A program made the position numbers and the translations under genes. From NCBI GenBank assembly GCA_023267195.1, contig JAHFNT010000005.1, positions 80,875 to 127,152 of the forward strand: DNA of 46,278 nt, in the 5' to 3' direction. This document shows, piece after piece, positions 15,680-24,201 of the stretch. This stretch comes from Candidatus Nomurabacteria bacterium. GTDB lineage: Bacteria; Patescibacteriota; Minisyncoccia; Phycocordibacterales; UBA9973. Position 1 is the stretch's first letter, and each line of letters opens with the position of its first letter. The notes beneath the pieces were generated by a model that saw nothing but the letters and a program-made list of their open reading frames with translations, made no database searches and was not told the origin of the DNA.

Positions 15680-17005
15680 ATGCGTATATTTTTTAAAAAA
15701 ATAATAACCTATATTCTAAAAATAGAATCCGAACTTGTACTATATAAATACAAACCGAAAATTGTCGCTATTACTGGGTCGGTCGGCAAGACTTCTACTA
15801 AAGATGCGGTCTATGCGGTGCTTTCAAAAATTTCTTATGTGCGAAAAAGCGAAAAAAGTTTTAATAGCGAGATAGGTTTGCCACTTACTATTTTAGGTGT
15901 CCCCAACGGGTGGAACCACCCATTTATTTGGTTACTTAATATTTTAAAGGGTTTTTGGCTTTTTCTTTGGCCCCACAAATACCCTAAATGGCTTGTGCTT
16001 GAAGTTGGAATCGGCAAGCCAGGTGACATGAAAGCCACTGCCTTATGGCTTAAGACCGATGCGGTAATAATTACCACTATTGGCGAAACCCCGGTTCATA
16101 TTGAATTTTTCAATTCTCGCCGGCATCTCATAGAAGAAAAAATGGAACTTATAAAAACTTTAAAAAAGGACGGTTTCTTAATTTTGAATAGAGATGATGA
16201 AGCAGTGCTTGAAATGAAGAACAAAAGCAAAAATCTTTTCACCACTTATGGTTTTGTAGAAGGAGCGAATATTTTAGCTTCCGGTGATAGTATTTTTTAC
16301 AACAATGACGGTGAGCCGGAGGGGATAGTTTTTAGGATTGACCACGAAGGAAAAAGTTTGCCAGTGGTCATAGATGGAGTGTTTGGGCGCAATCACGTCT
16401 ATGCTTCTTTAGCTGCCTTGGCTCTTGCGTCAGCTTTGAAGTTAAATATGCTCGAAGCTGTAGAGGCGCTAAAGAGCTATGAGATTCCTCTCGGGCGGAT
16501 GCGACTTCTTCGAGGAATAGAGAATTCTTTAATTATTGATGATACCTACAATTCTTCTCCTTCGGCGTGCGAAGCTGCGCTAAAAACTCTAAAAGAAATA
16601 AAATGTAAAGAGCCGAAGGGACGAAAGATCGCCATTTTGGGAGATATGCTCGAACTTGGGCGTAATACTATGGAGGCGCATAAAAATATTGGCAAAATTG
16701 CCAAAGAAAATGCCGATGTGCTTGTCGTAGTTGGTCAAAGAGCGAAGGGAATAAAAGAAGGGGCCATCGAAGCAGGAATGCAAGAGGGAAAATCACCAGA
16801 TAGCAGGACCGGCTTTTTTGAATTTTTGGATTCGTCTGAGGCGGGAAATTTTATAAAAACTTTTGTGCGAAAAGGGGATATTGTTTTGGTGAAAGGTTCA
16901 CAGGGTATGCGTATGGAGCGTACCGTAGAGGCAATACTCCTTGATCAAGCAAATAAAAAAAATCTTCTCGTCCGGCAGGATGCTGAATGGCTGAAAAAGA
17001 AATAA
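15680..17005 (+). CDS. murF: UDP-N-acetylmuramoyl-tripeptide--D-alanyl-D-alanine ligase
   Basis: ITGSVGKTSTKD P-loop, Mur ligase central and C-terminal domain pattern, dcw context. Confidence 0.85.
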   Translation: MRIFFKKIITYILKIESELVLYKYKPKIVAITGSVGKTSTKDAVYAVLSKISYVRKSEKSFNSEIGLPLTILGVPNGWNHPFIWLLNILKGFWLFLWPHKYPKWLVLEVGIGKPGDMKATALWLKTDAVIITTIGETPVHIEFFNSRRHLIEEKMELIKTLKKDGFLILNRDDEAVLEMKNKSKNLFTTYGFVEGANILASGDSIFYNNDGEPEGIVFRIDHEGKSLPVVIDGVFGRNHVYASLAALALASALKLNMLEAVEALKSYEIPLGRMRLLRGIENSLIIDDTYNSSPSACEAALKTLKEIKCKEPKGRKIAILGDMLELGRNTMEAHKNIGKIAKENADVLVVVGQRAKGIKEGAIEAGMQEGKSPDSRTGFFEFLDSSEAGNFIKTFVRKGDIVLVKGSQGMRMERTVEAILLDQANKKNLLVRQDAEWLKKK

Positions 17006-17017
17006 AGCTTCTCAATT

Positions 17018-17455
17018 TTATTGGCTAAAAAATATTGGGATTTCGAGCGCGTCATCGTGCTCGGGCAGTCCAGAAGGGTTATCCTTTTTCAAAATCAAAG
17101 AGCCGTTATTTTTATATATTGGAGTTTTAAATTCTAGGGTAGCAGTAAATGGCACAAAATTTTCTGTCATCCATTCACCTTGTGCTGTGGCGAAACTTTC
17201 CGCAATGATGAGCCCATCCCAATCAACAAGAAATATCGGGAAACTGCCTTCGAAGAACCACCCTCCTCTTGCCACACCAGAAATTTGGAGCGGACTTTTT
17301 ATTGTTTCATTCGGCCGCGGTGTACTAAGGCGGATAAGATCTATTTTCTCTAATTCATTACCAAAATATTCTCTATTTTCTTGCTTAGCCTGCCAAAGAA
17401 AGCCAAATGAAGCAACAATCATAATAACTATTATTAAGAGTAATATTTTCCTCAT
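17018..17455 (-). CDS. Secreted/anchored Gmad2 immunoglobulin-like domain protein
   Basis: An N-terminal TM or signal segment. The segment [27 protein letters not shown]...[10 protein letters not shown] resembles the Gmad2 Ig-like domain. Confidence 0.65.
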   Translation of the reverse strand: MRKILLLIIVIMIVASFGFLWQAKQENREYFGNELEKIDLIRLSTPRPNETIKSPLQISGVARGGWFFEGSFPIFLVDWDGLIIAESFATAQGEWMTENFVPFTATLEFKTPIYKNNGSLILKKDNPSGLPEHDDALEIPIFFSQ

Positions 17456-17461
17456 CTATTT

Positions 17462-17470
17462 ATTTTAACA
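17462..17470 (-). promoter_or_regulatory. Extended -10 box TGTTAAAAT ending 6 nt before the ATG at 17455
   Basis: Reverse complement of 17462-17470. No Shine-Dalgarno between the box and the start. Confidence 0.45.
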
Positions 17471-17483
17471 CAAGCATTATTTA

Positions 17484-17492
17484 TGCTAAAAT
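17484..17492 (+). promoter_or_regulatory. Extended -10 box TGCTAAAAT ending 7 nt before the msrB ATG at 17500
   Basis: Read directly from the sequence. No Shine-Dalgarno. Confidence 0.45.
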
Positions 17493-17499
17493 ATCCAGC

Positions 17500-17865
17500 A
17501 TGAATGATGTGAATGAATTAACTGAGGAGGAAAAAAGGGTGATTATAGATAAAGGAACCGAAGCGCCTTTTACCGGTGAATACGTAAACAACAAAGAGAC
17601 AGGCTTGTATGTCTGCCGGCAATGTGGGGCTCCGCTTTATAATTCTAAAGATAAATTTGAGTCAACCTGTGGTTGGCCATCTTTTGATGACGAGATTCTT
17701 GGAGCGGTACATAAAAGTCTTGATGCGGATGGAATGCGTACGGAAATAACTTGCGCTAAATGTGGCGGGCATCTAGGGCATTTGTTTGTAGGTGAGGGCT
17801 TAACCGAAAAGAATTTGCGTCATTGCGTGAATTCAATTTCGATGAAATTTATACCAGGAAAATAA
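17500..17865 (+). CDS. msrB: Peptide-methionine (R)-S-oxide reductase MsrB
   Basis: Two CxxC zinc pairs ([18 protein letters not shown]), GWPSF and the catalytic RHCVNS. Confidence 0.9.
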   Translation: MNDVNELTEEEKRVIIDKGTEAPFTGEYVNNKETGLYVCRQCGAPLYNSKDKFESTCGWPSFDDEILGAVHKSLDADGMRTEITCAKCGGHLGHLFVGEGLTEKNLRHCVNSISMKFIPGK

Positions 17866-17866
17866 A

Positions 17867-18352
17867 ATGATTAAAAAAATAGTATTAGCGGGTGGGTGTT
17901 TTTGGGGTTTGCAGGATTTAATTAGGAAACAACCGGGTGTGGTGAAGACCATTGTTGGTTATACTGGCGGAAGTGTGGAGAATCCAACCTATCACAATCA
18001 TGAAGGCCATGCGGAAGCGGTGGAGATAGAATACGACACTGAAAAAACTTCTTATAAAAAACTACTCGATTTCTTTTTTCAGATTCACAACCCTACGACG
18101 TTGAACCAACAAGGGAACGATGTTGGTACTTCTTATCGTTCGGCTATTTTTTATGGCAACGAAGAGGAGAAACAAGAAGCAGAGAATTTTATAAAAATTG
18201 TAAATGATTCCAAGCGTTGGTCAAATCCGGTAGTGACGAGCCTTGAGCCACTTGGTAGGTTTTATCCCGCAGAAGAATATCATCAGGATTATCTTGTAAA
18301 AAATCCAGGCGGTTACACCTGCCACGCTATTTATTTTGAGAGTTATTTGTAA
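17867..18352 (+). CDS. msrA: Peptide-methionine (S)-S-oxide reductase MsrA
   Basis: GGCFWG active-site motif and a YHQDYL C-terminal motif. Confidence 0.9.
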   Translation: MIKKIVLAGGCFWGLQDLIRKQPGVVKTIVGYTGGSVENPTYHNHEGHAEAVEIEYDTEKTSYKKLLDFFFQIHNPTTLNQQGNDVGTSYRSAIFYGNEEEKQEAENFIKIVNDSKRWSNPVVTSLEPLGRFYPAEEYHQDYLVKNPGGYTCHAIYFESYL

Positions 18353-18377
18353 TAATTTTTCCAGAAAAACAGAAACC

Positions 18378-18397
18378 TCGCGCCATGCGGGGCGCGA
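18378..18397 (-). terminator. Rho-independent terminator (minus strand)
   Basis: TCGCGCC-(6 nt)-GGCGCGA stem. The minus strand continues GGTTTCTGTTTTTCTGG (18377-18361). Confidence 0.6.
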
Positions 18398-18442
18398 AGC
18401 TCCCGTCGGTTGCGAGGTTGATGGTTTGTGACCTGCGGTTCG

Positions 18443-18814
18443 TTACACGAACCGCAGGTAGTTGGCGGGGGTGATCGCGTCTTCTGGATCTAGGCTCTTT
18501 TTGAGAACCCTGACCCTGAGGAATTTCCCCTCTGCCTTTCGGCAAAGGGATTCAAAGTCTGGGTGGTTACTCTGGACTTGCACTAGCTCCCTTCTTTTCC
18601 AGAACAGAAGAGAGCTTCGCACCAACTCCATGGTTAGCCATCCAGTTTCCGAAAATAGGAGGTGGTCGATACGCCATTCTCCACCTAATCGACGGGCTTT
18701 CTTCACCTCTTCCTTGACCTTCGGGGCCAAGAACCGAGCCGCAAGTATGATTACGGCGAAAAAGAAGAGGTAGACGGAGACCATGGCTGCCAGAAAGATT
18801 GTTGCAGGCGACAT
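18443..18814 (-). CDS. Hypothetical 123-aa protein with one N-terminal TM segment (GC-rich insert)
   Basis: The track ORF extends to 18862. I prefer the ATG at 18814 (MSPATIFLAAMVSVYLFFFAVIILA...) because GAGGTG lies 4 nt upstream. I recognise no family. Confidence 0.5.
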   Translation of the reverse strand: MSPATIFLAAMVSVYLFFFAVIILAARFLAPKVKEEVKKARRLGGEWRIDHLLFSETGWLTMELVRSSLLFWKRRELVQVQSNHPDFESLCRKAEGKFLRVRVLKKSLDPEDAITPANYLRFV

Positions 18815-18932
18815 TTTACACCTCGCTATTCTTAAAGGTATAGCTACCAATTTTGAATCCAAATATATTTCAACATACTTTGGTAAAAATACAAGTATAG
18901 ATTTAGAATTTTTGCTTTACAATATAATTCAT

Positions 18933-19331
18933 ATGGAAAATCCAGGGACAATTTTATTTATTACACCTAAAAGTAATGCTTCGCAAGACCCAGTTATCGA
19001 TGAAGCAACTAAAAAAATGACTGCGGCTGTTCGAAAAAGCAAACTTGGCCGCCTATATCGCCGTCCAGATGAGATTCGCGGCATACACAACTGCGTATGT
19101 GGAATAATGAGCGCTCCCTGTGATTATATTTTGCCCGATGGCGCAAGAACAAATTCTTTGTGTGTACATTACTTGGCCTATCACCATGACGAAGTACCCA
19201 AAAAAGAAATGGAAAAAGTGCTTAATCTTCAGTATGGAGAAATTGAACCAACGGCAGAAGAAATGCGGGGTACTATAAAGACAGAAAATACCGAAGAATT
19301 AAAATACAGACCAAGATTTAAAATTCGTTAA
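18933..19331 (+). CDS. Hypothetical Cys/His-rich protein (132 aa)
   Basis: The track ORF starts at 18783 and overlaps the divergent gene. The ATG at 18933 (MENPGTILF...) follows TACAAT/TATAAT boxes. HNCVCG...PCDY...CVHYLAYHH suggests a metal site. Confidence 0.4.
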   Translation: MENPGTILFITPKSNASQDPVIDEATKKMTAAVRKSKLGRLYRRPDEIRGIHNCVCGIMSAPCDYILPDGARTNSLCVHYLAYHHDEVPKKEMEKVLNLQYGEIEPTAEEMRGTIKTENTEELKYRPRFKIR

Positions 19332-19341
19332 TCTGAATTTG

Positions 19342-19413
19342 TGACCCTACAGAGAATCGAACTCTGATTTGATCCTTGAGAAGGATCCGTCCTAGCCGTT
19401 AGACGATAGGGCC
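19342..19413 (-). tRNA. tRNA-Glu (anticodon CUC), 72 nt
   Basis: The reverse complement GGCCCTA-TC-GTCT..GGAC-G-GATCC-TTCTCAA-GGATC-AAAT-CAGAG-TTCGATT-CTCTG-TAGGGTC-A has the same acceptor stem as the UUC isoacceptor. Confidence 0.85.
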
Positions 19414-19466
19414 AATAGGAAAAATATAGCATTTTTAATAAAAAATCAAAAACTAAAATTAATTTT

Positions 19467-20450
19467 TTATTCTTCTACCTTTGGCTTTTCTACTTCCAGC
19501 AAAGAAATTTCTGGTGAAGCGCCGGCAATTTTTAGCACATCTTTGTCAATCTTTTTTAATTCTTTGTTGGAGGAATTGTAATGATTTACGACAGTGCCAA
19601 GCGCATTGCCGAGTTTGGTGTGGTATTCATCATAAGATTTCAAATGCTTACCCAGGTCCTCAACTTTTTTAATTATTTCTTTAGCGGACTCTTCTATCTT
19701 GAAGGCCTTAAAGCCATAAAGCACTGATTGTAAATACGCCATAAAAGTTGTAGGAGAAATTATGATAACCTTTTTCTCGTTGTAAGCATAGTCTATTAAA
19801 TTTCTCGTATTAACTTTTATTGATCCGACTTCATTGACAAGCAAATCGTAATATATCGCTTCTGCTGGAATATACATAAAAGCGAAAGGGAGAGTGTTTT
19901 CTTCCGGGCGAACATATTTTGCTGTTTCATCAATACGCTTTTTTAAATCATTTTTAAATTCTTTTTCAAGTTCTTCGCGTTGACGATCATCCATGGCGTG
20001 CACGACACGATCGTAATTATCTAAAGAAAATTTTGCGTCAATTGGAATTATGCCTTCCTTAGTTATTATGATTGCATCTACAACTTCTTTATTTTTAAAT
20101 TCATATTGCATTTTATATTGGCCAGGAGCCAGAGTATTTGAAAGAATAAGTTCGAGTGATGCTTCACCCCAATTACCCCGCTGTTTTTGGTGTTTCAAAG
20201 TTTTTTCCAAATCGCCCAATTTATCAGCGATGGCTATGAATTGCCTGGTGGCTTCATTTGTTTTAGTCTGTTCACGGGCTACACCTATCAAGTTTTTATT
20301 TACTTCACGGGTAAGCTCCGCCATTTGTTGCTGGAGCATCAATAAAGCCGGGCTGTCTTCTTTTTCTTCTTCTTTCTTTTTACCAAAGATAAAATAGGCA
20401 ATTATTCCGCCGATCAGGAATGCTATTATGATAAATAAGGTATTGTCCAT
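19467..20450 (-). CDS. rmuC: DNA recombination protein RmuC
   Basis: N-terminal TM, long coiled coil, RGNWGEASLELIL motif and a C-terminal nuclease-like domain with the usual RmuC layout. Confidence 0.75.
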   Translation of the reverse strand: MDNTLFIIIAFLIGGIIAYFIFGKKKEEEKEDSPALLMLQQQMAELTREVNKNLIGVAREQTKTNEATRQFIAIADKLGDLEKTLKHQKQRGNWGEASLELILSNTLAPGQYKMQYEFKNKEVVDAIIITKEGIIPIDAKFSLDNYDRVVHAMDDRQREELEKEFKNDLKKRIDETAKYVRPEENTLPFAFMYIPAEAIYYDLLVNEVGSIKVNTRNLIDYAYNEKKVIIISPTTFMAYLQSVLYGFKAFKIEESAKEIIKKVEDLGKHLKSYDEYHTKLGNALGTVVNHYNSSNKELKKIDKDVLKIAGASPEISLLEVEKPKVEE

Positions 20451-20453
20451 ATT

Positions 20454-21182
20454 TTATTTTCCTAAGTGATGCTTAAGCGTATAAATCCAATCGTCTTCAA
20501 TTTGATCGCTTTCCAATTTTTGAGCTAGAAGCCATTCCAAGTATCCACGGTCCATAGCTAATACCTCTTCTATTTTTTTGCCATTATGCTTGCCGAAATT
20601 CATTGTCCGGAAAAGGGAAGGGTGCGATGAAATTTCTACCATTTTTTCTATTGCCTGTTCCTCGCTCAAATTTTCCTCTTTTACAAGTTTGTTTTTCAAT
20701 CTTTCAAAAAGTTTTTCGAGCACTAATACATCACCCATGGCGTCATGCGCGATTGCTTCAATTTCAATTTCAAGCAAGTATCGCAGGTATTGTAAATTAT
20801 ATCTTTCTATTTTATCTTCTTTGTCCAATTCTCTAGCCACTCTAAGCGTGCAAATAAATTTCTTTGGCTTGATGCCTTCCTTTTCCAGGATCATCAGATC
20901 AAAAGGTGCATTGTGCGCTACCACTACGGTGTTTTCATCTTCAAAAAGTTTTTTAATTTTTGCTTGATCACCGCTTTCTTTAAAAGTTGGTTTTTCGGCG
21001 ACCATTTTGTTGGTGATGTGGTGCACGGCTGAAGCCTCCGGGGGGATTTTGACTTCGGGTTTGTATAATCCGGCAAATTTTTCATCATCGCTTTTGTATG
21101 CGATTTGCACCAAAAAATCGTTTTCCGTATTTCCAGTTGTTTCCGTATCAAAAAATATTAGCGCAGGTGTTTTCTTTTGCAT
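20454..21182 (-). CDS. DEDDh 3'-5' exonuclease (DnaQ-like) with a C-terminal DUF3820-like tail
   Basis: Exo motifs FFDTETTG, HNAPFD and HDAMGD. The tail FGKHNGKKIEEVLAMDRGYLEWLL is DUF3820-like. Confidence 0.8.
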   Translation of the reverse strand: MQKKTPALIFFDTETTGNTENDFLVQIAYKSDDEKFAGLYKPEVKIPPEASAVHHITNKMVAEKPTFKESGDQAKIKKLFEDENTVVVAHNAPFDLMILEKEGIKPKKFICTLRVARELDKEDKIERYNLQYLRYLLEIEIEAIAHDAMGDVLVLEKLFERLKNKLVKEENLSEEQAIEKMVEISSHPSLFRTMNFGKHNGKKIEEVLAMDRGYLEWLLAQKLESDQIEDDWIYTLKHHLGK

Positions 21183-21188
21183 TTGGTT

Positions 21189-21197
21189 ATTTTATCA
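21189..21197 (-). promoter_or_regulatory. Extended -10 box TGATAAAAT ending 6 nt before the ATG at 21182
   Basis: Reverse complement of 21189-21197. It sits back to back with the yqeY-like promoter box in a 38-nt gap. Confidence 0.45.
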
Positions 21198-21202
21198 CAT
21201 TT

Positions 21203-21211
21203 TGATAGAAT
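21203..21211 (+). promoter_or_regulatory. Extended -10 box TGATAGAAT ending 9 nt before the ATG at 21221
   Basis: Read directly from the sequence. No Shine-Dalgarno. Confidence 0.4.
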
Positions 21212-21220
21212 AGAGACAAT

Positions 21221-21670
21221 ATGTTACATGAACAAATAAAAAATGGAATAAAAGAGGCAATGATGGCAAAGGATGCGCTCAAGTTGAAAGCCTTTCGCGC
21301 AATGTCAGCAGCTTTTACTAATGAGCTGGTAGCAAAAAATAAAAAGCCACAGGAAATGCTAACAGACGAGGAAGCGCTTACGGTCGTTACTCGGCTGGCC
21401 AAACAACGCAAAGATTCTATTGAGCAATTTAAGAAAGGAGGCAGAGAGGATTTGGTCAAAGAAGAACAAGAGGAGCTTTCAATTTTAGAAACTTATCTGC
21501 CAAAGATGATGGCTAAAGATGAAATAGAAAAAATTGCTCTTTTGAAAAAAGACGAGCTTGGTATTTCTGATGGCACCGATAAGGGTGTCCTCATGTCTGC
21601 TTTGATGAAGGAATTAAAAGGCAAAGCAGAGGGAGCTATGGTCAAAGAAGTGGTAGATTCTCTTTTTTAA
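21221..21670 (+). CDS. GatB/YqeY domain protein
   Basis: 149 aa. The N-terminal IKNGIKEAMMAKDALKLKAFRAMSAAF and the overall helical pattern match the YqeY family. Confidence 0.75.
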   Translation: MLHEQIKNGIKEAMMAKDALKLKAFRAMSAAFTNELVAKNKKPQEMLTDEEALTVVTRLAKQRKDSIEQFKKGGREDLVKEEQEELSILETYLPKMMAKDEIEKIALLKKDELGISDGTDKGVLMSALMKELKGKAEGAMVKEVVDSLF

Positions 21671-21675
21671 AGTTT

Positions 21676-22281
21676 ATGTACACAGTTAATCTTCTAACTA
21701 ATGCAGTCGAGCACCATCAAGCTTTAGCGTATTTGATAATTTTTTTCGGGCTTATTTTTGAAGGCGAAATAGTTATAATTTCTGTGGGTATATTGTCGCA
21801 CTTAGGCGCGTTGAATTTTTGGTTCTCTCTCTTATTCATTATTTTAGGAGCATTTTCCAAAACCTTCGTATTTTATGCACTAGGAGAGTTTTTGTACAAA
21901 ACATTCAATCACCATAATATTTTTAAATACATTCAAAAACGTGTTTACAGTATTTTGCCCAGATTTAAAATTAAGCCATTTTGGTCTATTTTTGTTTCAA
22001 AATTTATAATGGGGGTGAACTACTTAGTAGTTATATTTTGTGGTTATGAAAAGATAGAGTACAAGCAATTTTTAAAGGCAGAAATTTCTTCAACAATAAT
22101 TTGGGCTCCGGCGTTATTATCTCTTGGATATTTTTTTGGTTATACTGCCTTGCACATCAGTCGTGAGATTTGGAAATTTACGTTAGTGATTATTGTACTA
22201 TTTATAATATTTATCTTTTTTGATAAGCTGGTGAGCTGGCTTTATGAGCTCTCAGAAGAATTTTATGGAGACAAACAATAA
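21676..22281 (+). CDS. DedA/VTT-family membrane protein
   Basis: About 5 TM segments. The N-terminal YLIIFFGLIFEGEIVIISVG resembles the DedA signature region. Confidence 0.6.
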   Translation: MYTVNLLTNAVEHHQALAYLIIFFGLIFEGEIVIISVGILSHLGALNFWFSLLFIILGAFSKTFVFYALGEFLYKTFNHHNIFKYIQKRVYSILPRFKIKPFWSIFVSKFIMGVNYLVVIFCGYEKIEYKQFLKAEISSTIIWAPALLSLGYFFGYTALHISREIWKFTLVIIVLFIIFIFFDKLVSWLYELSEEFYGDKQ

Positions 22282-23176
22282 ACAATCAAAGAAAAAATTA
22301 ATCACCCACAATGGATCCTTCCATGCAGACGATATTTTCGCTTGCGCTACATTGTCTTTAATGTTAGAAAAAAACAATCAGGAATTTGAAGTAATTCGTA
22401 CGAGAGATCCCGAAATAATAAAAACCGGAGATTATGTTTTTGATGTAGGCGGAATACATGACGAAGAAAAAAATCTTTTTGATCACCATCAGATAGGGGG
22501 CGCAGGTAAGGGGCCAAATAATATAGAATATGCGGCCTTTGGTTTGGTATGGAAAAAGTTTGGCAAAATAGTTGCAGGCGGCAAAAGAGAGGCTGAATTA
22601 ATAGAGAAACGCCTTTGCGCGCCTATTGATGCTTGGGATAACGGTTTTGATTTGGTGGAAAATAAATATGAAGTGACACCGTATTATATCCAAAATATTT
22701 TCTTTGCGATGGAGCCGACATGGAGAGAAACAGAAATCAATATTGACGACATGTTTTTAAAGTGCGTAGAAATAGCAAAAACAGTTTTAACTCGGGAAAT
22801 AATCCAAGTTCAAGACATGCTTGAGGCGGAAAATGCTGTGATGGCTGTTTACAATAATTCAGTAGATAAAAGGATAATTATTTTGGATAAAAATTATCCT
22901 TTTGAATATATACTTTTTAATTTTCCTGAACCGCTGTTTGCGGTTTATCCCAGGAAAACAGGAGGTACTTGGGGAGTGAAGGCTATACGGCAAGATCCCA
23001 AAACATTTATCAATAGGAAAAATTTGCCGAAACTTTGGGCAGGGCTTAAAGATGAAGAATTGCAAAACGTAACAGGAGTCAGAAATGCCGTATTTTGCCA
23101 TCGGGCGCTTTTTATGGCTGTGGCAGGGTCTAAAGAAGGGGCTATCAAATTAGCCCAAATTGCGGTAGAATCATAA
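22265..23176 (+). CDS. MYG1/UPF0160 family metal-dependent hydrolase
   Basis: ITHNGSFHADDIFACATL and DHHQ motifs. I use the ATG at 22265 rather than the track start at 22244. Confidence 0.8.
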   Translation: METNNKQSKKKLITHNGSFHADDIFACATLSLMLEKNNQEFEVIRTRDPEIIKTGDYVFDVGGIHDEEKNLFDHHQIGGAGKGPNNIEYAAFGLVWKKFGKIVAGGKREAELIEKRLCAPIDAWDNGFDLVENKYEVTPYYIQNIFFAMEPTWRETEINIDDMFLKCVEIAKTVLTREIIQVQDMLEAENAVMAVYNNSVDKRIIILDKNYPFEYILFNFPEPLFAVYPRKTGGTWGVKAIRQDPKTFINRKNLPKLWAGLKDEELQNVTGVRNAVFCHRALFMAVAGSKEGAIKLAQIAVES

Positions 23177-23180
23177 GTAT

Positions 23181-24191
23181 ATGGCTTTTATTGATGAAAT
23201 GACAATATACGCCGAAGCTGGGCGTGGTGGCGATGGCGTGGTGCGCTGGCGACAAGAGAAATTCGTACCTAAAGGCGGGCCCTCGGGTGGAGATGGCGGT
23301 CGGGGCGGGGATTTTTATATTTTGGCCGTGCGCGATGTTAATATACTTTCAAAATATAAAGCAAAGAAAAGTTTTGGAGCGGGCAGGGGGGAAGACGGCG
23401 GAAAGAAAAGTCTCCATGGAAAAAATGGAGAAGATTTTTATTTGGAATTGCCGATTGGTTCTATTGTTACCAATTTGGAAACAGATGAAGTGTGGCAACT
23501 CACCGAAGCTGATCAAAAATTTATGGTTTTGAGGGGTGGATATGGTGGATTTGGCAACGAACATTTTAAAAGTTCTACGAACACCACTCCTAAAGAATCG
23601 CGGGAAGGTCAAGAAGGTGAGAAGGGAAACTTTAAGATTGAGCTTGAACTTTTTGCGGATATTGGACTCATTGGTTTGCCAAATGCAGGAAAAACTTCAC
23701 TTTTAAATACTCTTACTAATGCGGAAGCGAAGGTCGGGGATTATGCTTTTACCACGCTTGATCCAAATTTGGGAGATTTTTATGGCTACATCATTGCGGA
23801 TATTCCAGGAATCATTGAAGGAGCAGCAGAGGGTAAAGGGCTGGGTGTTAAGTTTTTAAAACACATCAAGCGTACAAAAATGCTCGCACATCTCGTGTCT
23901 TTTGAAAATTTAGTCAAAGGAAGTACTGGCATGATAAAAAGTTATAAAGAGATTCGCAAAGAGCTTGAAAAATATGATAAAAAATTAAAATTGGGCGTTG
24001 AAGGTTTGGCCTCAAAAGAAGAGATAATAATTTTGACTAAAGCAGACGTGATAGATGATTCGAAAGTTGTTACAAAAGTGATAGCTACTTTTGAAAAATT
24101 AAATAAAAAAGTTTTTGTTTTATCTTTGTTTGATGATAAAATGATAAAGAAATTTAATGACGCGCTCGCGAAGATTTTAAAAAAGAAATAG
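23181..24191 (+). CDS. obg: GTPase Obg/CgtA
   Basis: FIDEMTIYAEAGRGGDG glycine-rich Obg fold, then G1 GLPNAGKTS, G3 DIPG and G4 TKAD. Confidence 0.95.
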   Translation: MAFIDEMTIYAEAGRGGDGVVRWRQEKFVPKGGPSGGDGGRGGDFYILAVRDVNILSKYKAKKSFGAGRGEDGGKKSLHGKNGEDFYLELPIGSIVTNLETDEVWQLTEADQKFMVLRGGYGGFGNEHFKSSTNTTPKESREGQEGEKGNFKIELELFADIGLIGLPNAGKTSLLNTLTNAEAKVGDYAFTTLDPNLGDFYGYIIADIPGIIEGAAEGKGLGVKFLKHIKRTKMLAHLVSFENLVKGSTGMIKSYKEIRKELEKYDKKLKLGVEGLASKEEIIILTKADVIDDSKVVTKVIATFEKLNKKVFVLSLFDDKMIKKFNDALAKILKKK

Positions 24192-24201
24192 AATTTACAA
24201 T

